From the NCBI RefSeq assembly GCF_000142905.1, contig NW_013657643.1, positions 266,054 through 330,053 on the forward strand: DNA of 64,000 nt, written 5' to 3'. Made by a program: the position numbers and the translations under genes. Source of the stretch: Thecamonas trahens ATCC 50062 (Eukaryota; Protista; Apusomonadida). The notes under the pieces were generated by a model, which saw only the letters and a program-made list of their open reading frames with translations, did not search any database and was not told where the DNA came from. The stretch's first letter is position 1. Each line of letters starts with the position of its first letter. This document shows positions 56,326 to 64,000 of the stretch, one piece after another.

Positions 56326-57027
56326 ACCGGATGCAGCGGCCGCTGCAGCCGCAGCATCCTTGGCCGCTCGCGAGCGGGTGGTTCGTTTCTTGGGCGAGCC
56401 TGCGTCGGCGTCGCTAGTCGAGCGCTTGCGCTTTGAATCGGTCTTGACCGCAGCCTTGTCCTTGGCGGCCTTGCCCTTGGCGGCCTTGCCCTTGGCGGCC
56501 TTGCCCTTGGCGGCCTTGCCCTTGGCGGCCTTGCCCTTGGCAGCCTTGCTCGCCTTGGCAGCAGCCTTGGCGTCAAGATCGGCGACGTGTTCAGCAAGAG
56601 CAGCGGTAAACTTTTCCTGATCGTCATAGCGAGCATCGGAAAAGCCGGCGACCTCAGCAACGTCGCGCAGCTTGTACGTCGTAGCCCGCATCCGCATCTG
56701 CTTGTTGAACAAGCACGGGACGGCGTGGAACCAGTGGGTCATGTCGCCATCGTACTGCGACATCCGGATCACACATCACGTGGCATGGAAGGAGAGAGGT
56801 GGAGGGAGCCGGTGGAGGCTAGGTGAGTCGATGATCAAGAGGGAGGGAGGGAGGGAGGGAGGGAGGGAGGAGGGGAAGGGAGGGCGTACAAAGGGTGACG
56901 GGAAGGTCCGGCCAATGCGGAAGGCACCCTCGGCGATGGCCTTGCCGCAGCCCTTGCACTTGGCGCGCGAGCTAGGAGCGTAGCCGACTGAGAAGCGGAT
57001 GGAGGAGACCTTCTCTTCCGAAGACAT
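54001..57027 (-). CDS. PARP1-like poly(ADP-ribose) polymerase; intron 56755-56889
   Basis: PARP Zn finger YAPSSRAKCKGC..PSPF|YDGDMTHWFH..C, SAP motif, PADR1 CPEC..CSGWLSEWSRC, WGR-like YKYGRVG, MPLGQL regulatory domain, LWHGTR / YMFGKGVY / YNEFIVY (H-Y-E triad). Confidence 0.93.
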
Positions 57028-57742
57028 GGCGAGTGTGCAGAGCGGAGAGCGGTGGGGGTGGAGGGTGGAGGGGGGGTGGGGCTAGCGACAGCCGCCTGGT
57101 GAAGTCGCTGCGAGTGATATCAGCCGGTGACAGCCGTGACAGCAGCCGGAGGAAGGGAGATGGGATCGGATGAGGAGGGCGGAAGGGAGGGAGGGAGGGA
57201 GGGGGGGGCAGGGAGCGGAGGGAGGAAGGAAGTCGAGCTGATGTAGTGGTGGCGTGGTAGCGCGGTGACGTGGTGGTGTGGTGGAGATGATAGTGACGAT
57301 GATGCTATGATGACGATCACGATGGCATGACTCCAGGAGGCAGGCAGGTTGTGGTGACGATCATGGTGCCATCAGGCATGATCATGGGCCCATGGGCCAC
57401 AGTTTGCGATGCCAGCTAGCTGCGGGGGGGCAATCGGTGAGAGGGGACAGCACAGCGCACCGGACAGTCCGCTGGTCATCCGTTCGTCGTCAGCTCCGTT
57501 TCTTCATTTCTTCGGCCAACGCCTGCCACCGGACACCGGACTCTCTCAAGTTTTTCGAGCAGGTAGGTTTTGAGCAGAGTGTGGGAAGTGGGGGGAGGGG
57601 GAGGGGGGCACACCGGTGGGCAGGCTAGCGAGGGGTTCTGGGACGGAACGGGAGAGGGGGGGGGGGGGGGTGAGATTGGAGACTGACGGAGCAAGGGGCG
57701 TTTACTTGGCATGGGTAGGGCGAGGAGGCGGCTTGGGAGGGC

Positions 57743-59920
57743 ATGCCGCGGTCGTCTGTGTCGAGGTCGCTGTCGTCGTCGCTCGGTGCGCTGAGCCCGT
57801 TGCGGCCCGGGCGCGGCAGCGAGGAGAATGGGCTGCGTGTAGACGTGTCACCGGTGCGTGTGCAGCGGCGGCGCGGTGGAGGAGGTGGTGAAGGTGGCGG
57901 CGATCGGGATCGTGAGCGGCGACGGCGGGTAGCGTCGCGCAAGTCTGGCGAGTTTCTGCGCGCACGATCGATTGTGCGGAGTGCGGTGGAGGCTCTGGAA
58001 GACACGCACGATGAGGCGTGCGATGTGTGCGCGGATGGCGGCGATCTGCTTTGCTGCGACTCGTGCACGCGGGTGTACCACCTAGAGTGCCTAGGCATGC
58101 GCGAGAAGGACATTCCGCGCGGCAAGTGGGAGTGCGCCTACTGCACGTCGGCCGAAGAGGTGCGGATCCATGTGGTGCGGCTGTTTATGGGCGGGAAGGA
58201 GATTGACCCGAAGCGCCCGATTGGGCTGCCGCGGCCAAAGCTGCAGACGGAGACGCGGTCGCGGAAGCGGAAGCTCGGCTCGCCCGAGGTCGACAGCGTG
58301 GCGACGCCGGGCGCCGGTGTTGGGACGCCCAAGAGAAGACGAGGCCTTGGCTCGCCGGGACCGGTCTTTCTTCGCACGCCGCCACCGCAGACGGAGGAGG
58401 CCTTGGCGGCGGCGTCTCGGCGGGCGCGCGAGTGGGCGTCGGAGGTCCGAGGGAGCCGCCGTCTGTCGGACCTCCCCATGGGCTTTATCCACTCACAGTA
58501 CCTGCAACGGTCGGTGCTCTCGGCGCTGGGCCTGGAGCCGTCGCCGCCGCGAGGGGCCAAGGCCGATGTGGTGAGCGAGGAGGAGCAGCTGGCACTAGCA
58601 GTTGCTGCGGCCGAAGCGAACAAAAGCCCGAGCCGCGGGCCGAGCAGCTCGCCGCGGCGGGCGTCGGCGCGGCTGCTGACTCAGGAGCGGACGTGGGCGG
58701 CGTGCGGGTCGTGGAAGCGGGCCATGGACCGATACCAGGCGCGGGTGGCGGCGCAGGGCGAAGGCGCGCTTGTCACACCGCTTGTTTTTGAGCTCTCAGA
58801 GTACTCATCGAGCGACGGCGAGAGCGGCGAGAACGGCGGCGGCGGCAGCGGCAGCGGGCCCAGTGATAGCGGGGCGGCGTCGGCGTCGTCGTCCGAGGAC
58901 CTGTCGGACGCGCGGTTTGCCGAGTTTGGGCGGAACTTTGGCATGTCGCCCGAAGCTGCGTCGCGGCACCGAGTTCTGCTCAAGGCTGCCGAGAAGGAGC
59001 GGGTGCGGATCCACCGGATCGAGAAGCAGCGGCTGCAGCAGAAGCAGCGGAAGGAGAAGGCGGCCATGGACCGGTCGCCAATCCTTAAGTTTTGGCGGCG
59101 AACGCTCGACGCGCCGTGGGAAGTCCGCCGCAAGCCGGTTTTCCGACCCAAGACGCCCAAGCAAAAGATCATGGAGATGCCGCCGCGGTTCTGGCTCACG
59201 CACCCGTTCTCGCCGTTGTACTACTCGGACCTCTCTATTTCGCCGCGGACCACCAATGGGGTGTATGTGCCGTCGTCGCCCCGCTCGCCGCTGTCGGCGG
59301 GGGCAGCGTCGCCTAGAACTGTGGTCCGCTTCCCACCAGCAGCCTCACCATCGCCCAAGTGGTCCGGCCGCGGCAAGCACCCGGATCGGGTCATCTCGGC
59401 CTCAATCCTCGCCTGGAAACACGAGGCCGAGCGCCGCGAGGCCGCCGAAGAGGCTGCCGCCGAAAAGGCTGCTGCCGAGAAAGCCGCCGCAGAAGAGGCC
59501 AAGGCAAAGGCCAAAGCCAAGGCCGCCACTGAAAAGGCCAAGGTTAAGGCCAAGGCCAAGGCCAAAGCAAGTCCCAAGGCCAACAAGGCTAGCAAGACCA
59601 AGACTCCGGCAAAGGCCAAGACTAAGCCCAAGCCAAAGGCCAAGGCCAAGGCCAAGACTCCGGCAAAGGCCAAGACTCCGGCAAAGGCCAAGACTCCGGC
59701 AAAGGCCAAGGCAAGCTCTGGGAATGGCCGCAGTCGCGGCCGTGGGCGTGGATCGGCCAAAGGCGGCAGCAGTGGTCTCGCCCGCGGAGGCAAGGCCTCG
59801 AGCAAGAAGAAGCCGGCTTCACCGGCCAAGCAGTACGGTGGCATCAAGAAGCCCACCCCGCGCAAGTCGACAGGACGGGTGCCAGCTCGATCACGGGCAC
59901 CCCCACTCAAGTATCGGTAA
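57743..59920 (+). CDS. PHD-finger chromatin protein with histone H1-like Lys/Ala/Pro tail
   Basis: CDVCADGGDLLCCDSCTRVYHLECL..IPRGKWECAYC (CHD4/AIRE-type PHD); KAKTPA repeats at ~59590-59710. Confidence 0.8.
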   Translation: MPRSSVSRSLSSSLGALSPLRPGRGSEENGLRVDVSPVRVQRRRGGGGGEGGGDRDRERRRRVASRKSGEFLRARSIVRSAVEALEDTHDEACDVCADGGDLLCCDSCTRVYHLECLGMREKDIPRGKWECAYCTSAEEVRIHVVRLFMGGKEIDPKRPIGLPRPKLQTETRSRKRKLGSPEVDSVATPGAGVGTPKRRRGLGSPGPVFLRTPPPQTEEALAAASRRAREWASEVRGSRRLSDLPMGFIHSQYLQRSVLSALGLEPSPPRGAKADVVSEEEQLALAVAAAEANKSPSRGPSSSPRRASARLLTQERTWAACGSWKRAMDRYQARVAAQGEGALVTPLVFELSEYSSSDGESGENGGGGSGSGPSDSGAASASSSEDLSDARFAEFGRNFGMSPEAASRHRVLLKAAEKERVRIHRIEKQRLQQKQRKEKAAMDRSPILKFWRRTLDAPWEVRRKPVFRPKTPKQKIMEMPPRFWLTHPFSPLYYSDLSISPRTTNGVYVPSSPRSPLSAGAASPRTVVRFPPAASPSPKWSGRGKHPDRVISASILAWKHEAERREAAEEAAAEKAAAEKAAAEEAKAKAKAKAATEKAKVKAKAKAKASPKANKASKTKTPAKAKTKPKPKAKAKAKTPAKAKTPAKAKTPAKAKASSGNGRSRGRGRGSAKGGSSGLARGGKASSKKKPASPAKQYGGIKKPTPRKSTGRVPARSRAPPLKYR

Positions 59921-60057
59921 TATGACTTCTGCCTTGGGCAACAGCGACAGCCACCGCCACCGCCAACCGTGTAGCCACCCAGCCACCGCCACCGACCTCA
60001 GCCACGGGCGCCGGCCACTGGCGCCGGCAAGTGGCCACACGTCACGCACCAACCACC

Positions 60058-60840
60058 ATGGACAACTCCATTACGCAGATGCTGCGTGCAGCAGAGCACG
60101 AGGCCGAGGAGATTATTGCAGCAGCCAAGGCGGGTACGTATCTGGAGCAGGAGAGGAAGAGGGAGGGCGGGGAGGGGGGCGGGGGCGGGGGGCGGGGGGG
60201 GGGGGGTGACGACCGTCGGCGATGGGCAGCGTGTGACCTGGGGGTGTGGGCAGTTCTTTTTTGTGGGCCGCAGCAAGGAGGGGGTGAGGGGCATGGTGCG
60301 GTGCACGGTATGAGGGCAGGGGAGTGGAGAAGGAGAGGGAGGGAGGGAGGGGGAGGGGAGAAGGGAGGGAAAGGAATGAGGGGGGGGGGGGGGGTTGAGG
60401 GGGGAGGGAGGGGGGGAGGGTGGCAGGCGACTGATACTCATGGCGAGGTCGGGCGGCGGACGTCGGACGGACGGACGGATGGACGGACGGACGGACGAAT
60501 GGATGGATGGACGTATGGACAAACACACTGCTGGGCAACAGCACGGAACGCCAAGCTCCGGCGTGCGGCCGACGAGGCTGCAGCCGAGGCAGACGCGATC
60601 CGGAAGCGCAAGCAGGCTGAGCTTGACAACTACCAGTCTCTGCATGCGGACGAGGTGGCGCAGGAGGAGCAGGCGGCGGCAGCGCGCCAGGCTGAGGAGA
60701 CTGCGCGGATCCAGGCGGCGGTGGCCGACCGGGCGGATGTGGTCATCGACATGCTGCTCGACGCCGTGGTCGAGGTCAAGACGGACGTGCACAAGAACGT
60801 GGCGCTGGCGCACGCGCGGGCGGATGCACTCAAGAACTAA
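60058..60840 (+). CDS. V-type proton ATPase subunit G; intron 60134-60541
   Basis: ITQMLRAAEHEAEEIIAAAKA|ARNAKLRRAADEA..VIDMLLDAVVEVKTDVHKN. Intron GTACGT...AACAG (phase 1). Confidence 0.85.
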   Translation: MDNSITQMLRAAEHEAEEIIAAAKAGTYLEQERKREGGEGGGGGGRGGGGDDRRRWAACDLGVWAVLFCGPQQGGGEGHGAVHGMRAGEWRRRGREGGGGEKGGKGMRGGGGVEGGGRGGGWQATDTHGEVGRRTSDGRTDGRTDGRMDGWTYGQTHCWATARNAKLRRAADEAAAEADAIRKRKQAELDNYQSLHADEVAQEEQAAAARQAEETARIQAAVADRADVVIDMLLDAVVEVKTDVHKNVALAHARADALKN

Positions 60841-60875
60841 TGAACTCGGTGTAGCACCAGCTGGCTGAAGCGGAT

Positions 60876-62546
60876 TTACTGCTGCGGCTCGTAGCGGACA
60901 AACGAGGAGAGGTCGGTGTAGGAGACCGACTGGGCGCGGGTAGCGGCCTGGAGGTCAAAGGGCGCGTAGACGAGCTGGTGGTGCTCGCCAAGGAGACGGT
61001 CCTTGGCGTCCGAGGCGTAGATCTTGGTCACCGAGGAGTACATGCCCTTGACGACGTCGCCGTCGTCGACGGCGTAGCCGATCTTGACAAGATCGTCCAC
61101 AGCGTCGCGGGTGACGGTGGCGGTGATGGTGACAAGCTCGCCGGAGCCGTCGGGCTTCTCGAGCGAGGTCTCGAGGAAGAAGGCGTCGATGCCAGACTCG
61201 TCCATGGTGGCGAGGCAAGCGTGCTTGACCGGGCGCAGGTGGAAGGCGAGGTTGGCGGTGCGCGAGACAATCTCGGGCGCGCTGCCGTCTTCCTCGGCCA
61301 TGATAGCCTCACCAATGTTGATGGGCTTCGGCTCCTCACCGCGGGCGATGGCGTCGACGTCGGCCTGGGTGTGGAGGGTGTAAAAGTAGACGGCGTTGAC
61401 CGAGTGGAGGTAGGCCGAGGTCGAGGTCGGCGGGATCTGGGCCTGGGCGCGGACCTCGGCGAGGGCGGCGGTGCCGGCGTCGGTCTGGCCCATGTCGACG
61501 AGCATGCACGCGTGATGGTTGGCGACAGCGTTGTAGATGGGCGACGAGTGCGGCATGCCCTCAGCGTCGAGGGCGGCGAGAATGTCGGCGTAGACAAGCT
61601 CAGCGTCGTCGAAGCGGCCAAGGAGGCGGTAGACGGAGGCGAGGGTGCAGATGCCGTGAATGGTGAAGAGCGTGGTCTTGCCGATGTGCTCCGAGCCGAC
61701 GGCAATGACCTCGGTGAGGAGCTCGACGGCCGGCTCGAGGTTGTTCGTCGCCTTGTGGATCTTGGCAATGAGGAACTTAGCCGACGCAATCTGGATGTGC
61801 TTCTCGGCAGAGGCCTCAGCGGTGTCCTCGGCGGCAGCCTCAAAGACCTTGAGCGCGCGGAAGGCAAACTTCTCGGCCATCGGATACTGCCGCAGGTCGA
61901 TGAGCGTGTTGGCCATGGAGATGAGGACCTGGACGGCCGCCGGCGAGTCCTCGCCCATGGCGTGGCACCGAATCTCGTACGACTTTTGCTGCATGGCCAG
62001 CGCCTTCTCGTCCTCCTTGGTTGTCGAGTACAGCGTGGCCAGCTGCTGGAACGGGCGGTCGGCGAGGATGTGGTTCGGGCCAAGCATAGCTCCAATCATC
62101 TCCAGCGACGAGACAAGGCACTGCTCCGCATCGCTGAACGCGCGCAGCTGGATCAGCTTCTCGCCCGTCGAGATGAGCGAAAGCATCTGCTGCAGCTGCT
62201 GCCGCTCCGCCATCGACATGCCCTGTGTGTTGAGCATGATCCGCCCGTCAGGCTGGACCTGCAGCGCTGCGCCACCGGACGCCGAGCCAGCCTCGCCACT
62301 GGCAGCAGCAGCAGCAGCAGCGGGCGCCGCAGCAGGTGCCGGAGCAACAGCATCAGCAGCAGCACCAGCAGCACCAGCAGTCGCGGGCGCAGGCGCATCG
62401 CTTGCCTCCTTCTTCCCCTTGGCCACCGCAGCGTTGTACCGCGCGCGCGCACGCCAATACTCAAAGTACATCCAGCCGGCGACGGCAGCCGAGAGGCCGG
62501 CCTTGACCTGCCATGGCCACTTGAACGGGTTGAGCGCGGACGACAT
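60876..62546 (-). CDS. TPR-repeat protein (kinesin-light-chain-like TPRs) with N-terminal signal-anchor
   Basis: LGPNH..LATLY, MGEDSP..MANTL, LASVYRLLGRFDDAE repeats; N-terminal WQVKAGLSAAVAGWMYFEYWRAR. Confidence 0.75.
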   Translation of the reverse strand: MSSALNPFKWPWQVKAGLSAAVAGWMYFEYWRARARYNAAVAKGKKEASDAPAPATAGAAGAAADAVAPAPAAAPAAAAAAASGEAGSASGGAALQVQPDGRIMLNTQGMSMAERQQLQQMLSLISTGEKLIQLRAFSDAEQCLVSSLEMIGAMLGPNHILADRPFQQLATLYSTTKEDEKALAMQQKSYEIRCHAMGEDSPAAVQVLISMANTLIDLRQYPMAEKFAFRALKVFEAAAEDTAEASAEKHIQIASAKFLIAKIHKATNNLEPAVELLTEVIAVGSEHIGKTTLFTIHGICTLASVYRLLGRFDDAELVYADILAALDAEGMPHSSPIYNAVANHHACMLVDMGQTDAGTAALAEVRAQAQIPPTSTSAYLHSVNAVYFYTLHTQADVDAIARGEEPKPINIGEAIMAEEDGSAPEIVSRTANLAFHLRPVKHACLATMDESGIDAFFLETSLEKPDGSGELVTITATVTRDAVDDLVKIGYAVDDGDVVKGMYSSVTKIYASDAKDRLLGEHHQLVYAPFDLQAATRAQSVSYTDLSSFVRYEPQQ

Positions 62547-63141
62547 ACGTTTGGTGGTCGGCAGAGGGGTGGTTGTTGCCGGCCGGGGGATGGATGGCGA
62601 TGGAGATTCTGTCGCGTCATGCGTAGCTGGCGGGCTTGGGACTGGGCGAGCTGGTTTTTCGGCTCTCAGCGTCGGATGCGGGGCGTGATGCGAGCACCAA
62701 GGACATGGCAAGGTAGTTTGGGATGTGAGCTTGATGGGACGCACGTTATATGTACGTGACAAGGCGCGTAGCGGTAGAGCGAGGGGAGGAGAGAGCTTGT
62801 CGAGGAAAATCGGGCATGCACGTAAAACAGCATTTAAGCTATAAATATATATATATGTGCGATTGTAAAAATATGATTGTATGTAGTGTATGTCATATTT
62901 TGTATAATGTACAATTATGACGTGTAATATATATATAATGAATATATTTAGTGTTTTGGGACTCGATTTGCACTCTTTTTGTTGTTTGCAGTTTGCTTTC
63001 AACCCCAGCCTGAAACTCCCAATGCGGGCTTGGGCTCGAGCACGGGCTCGGGCCCACCAGGCACCACCACAGACCACCACCAGCGCCCGCCCATCGTGGC
63101 CGCTTTATCGGAAGGATGCACCCACTCTGGGCTCACATCAC

Positions 63142-64000
63142 CTACGTTTGCTTATTTACTTGGCGCCATCCTCTCCTTCCTGCGGATGAGCTCCTCAGCA
63201 GCGGCAAACAAGTTCTTGCCCATGAAGAAGCGCTCCAGAAGAACAAAACGCGAGCCAATGTTGGGTTGGCAAGGAGCTCGTCGATGCCTGCCTCGGACAG
63301 ACTGTGCGGCGGTGCGGCGAGCACAGCTCGGATGCCCCTCGTCAAGATGGGGAGGATGTAGCTGGAGGTGATGTCCTTGACGGCGCGGCTAAACTGTCCC
63401 CGCGGAAGGCTGCCCGCCACATAGGCCTCGACCTTGCCGCGAACCGATGGCAGCACGACAGCAGTCTTGGGATTGTTCAGCACGATCTCCAAGGGGTTGG
63501 GCGGCGGCGGCGGCGGGGAGGGATCGCCAGCGATCGCAAGCGGGCCGGGCGAGAAGCGGTCGTCGAATGCCCAGAGCGGAAGCCTGGGCAAGCAATAGTT
63601 GCGCAGGATTTTCATGGCGGTCCGCCTGCGCTTGCGGGGCAGAGATATGCTGGAAGCGCGACGCGGATTGGCGGCCTGGATTCCGGCCGCCACCGAGCCG
63701 TACTTGGCTGTCACTGCTTTGATGATCTCCTTGCCGTCGAAGAGCCTGATAGGCATCCCAAAGCTGTTGACGCGCCTCTCGGCCGCGATGCCGACCAAAT
63801 CGGCCGAACGAAGGCCGAGCTGGATAGTGGCACGTGAGTAAGAAATCTTATCCCGGCGACCAGCCGACGAGTTGACATAGAACATGATGCAGTCGTTGCA
63901 GATCGGGTCGGGGCCCCAGTCGGCGCCGCGCACCTTGCCGACCGCGCAGAGGCAGACAGGGCATCGCCGGGCAGCGGCGTCGAGAATGGCCTGATAGACA
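63142..64000 (-). CDS. Partial gene with XPA-like Zn finger and DNA-binding-like domain (5' end outside window)
   Basis: Frame open to the window end: CPVC..CNDC, then KISYSRATIQLGLRSADL..NSFGMPIRLF..AKYGS, resembling XPA ITKTEAK..LKDCDL..NP..MKLY..WGS. Confidence 0.5.
   Translation of the reverse strand, partial: VYQAILDAAARRCPVCLCAVGKVRGADWGPDPICNDCIMFYVNSSAGRRDKISYSRATIQLGLRSADLVGIAAERRVNSFGMPIRLFDGKEIIKAVTAKYGSVAAGIQAANPRRASSISLPRKRRRTAMKILRNYCLPRLPLWAFDDRFSPGPLAIAGDPSPPPPPPNPLEIVLNNPKTAVVLPSVRGKVEAYVAGSLPRGQFSRAVKDITSSYILPILTRGIRAVLAAPPHSLSEAGIDELLANPTLARVLFFWSASSWARTCLPLLRSSSAGRRGWRQVNKQT

Noticed and set aside
60465-60520. (GGAC/GGAT)n and poly-G tracts as a telomeric or mobile element
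   Set aside because: Simple intronic microsatellite within the V-ATPase G intron.
4032-62759. Numerous long antisense or alternate-frame ORFs (e.g. 4691-6349, 27751-29007, 33036-34964, 60978-62759)
   Set aside because: Shadow ORFs expected from high GC and codon bias; no recognisable motifs.
9596-64000. Functional cluster of replication/repair genes (MCMBP, MMS19, PCNA, PARP, XPA-like) or ribosome biogenesis genes (DDX24, RRP8, RPF2)
   Set aside because: Interspersed with unrelated genes; compatible with chance in a compact genome.

Overview
Gene-dense, GC-rich, intron-poor eukaryotic nuclear DNA with GT-AG introns, mostly with GTACG donors. The style suggests a free-living protist such as an apusomonad (Thecamonas-like), but this is a guess. 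About 24 protein genes: a degenerate P-type ATPase (partial), CSN8-like, ULK4/RUNKEL, an MFS transporter, MCMBP, DDX24/MAK5, MMS19, RRP8, a SAPS/PP6R-like protein, aquaporin, RPF2, DUF1295, BRI3-like, a TM double-RING ligase, a secreted C39-like peptidase, PCNA, an unknown basic protein, CACYBP, PARP1-like, a PHD protein, V-ATPase G, an anchored TPR protein and an XPA-like fragment. The highlight is a convergent pair of ~2,700-aa paralogous single-pass receptors (20964-29119 + and 32550-40777 -). Each has a signal peptide, an N-terminal beta-rich domain, an IPT domain, 15 collinear two-Cys Ig/IPT-like repeats, PSI-IPT-PSI-IPT, a TM helix and an NF1-like RasGAP domain with an identical-length 106-aa helical insertion. 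This is a Sema-less, plexin-like receptor-RasGAP architecture, and the pair flanks a tail-anchored SAPS-family gene. Seven apparent frameshifts are each repaired by adding one base and are probably sequencing undercalls. No rRNA, tRNA, CRISPR array or transposase was recognised. All protein calls rest on motif recognition by eye, not database searches.
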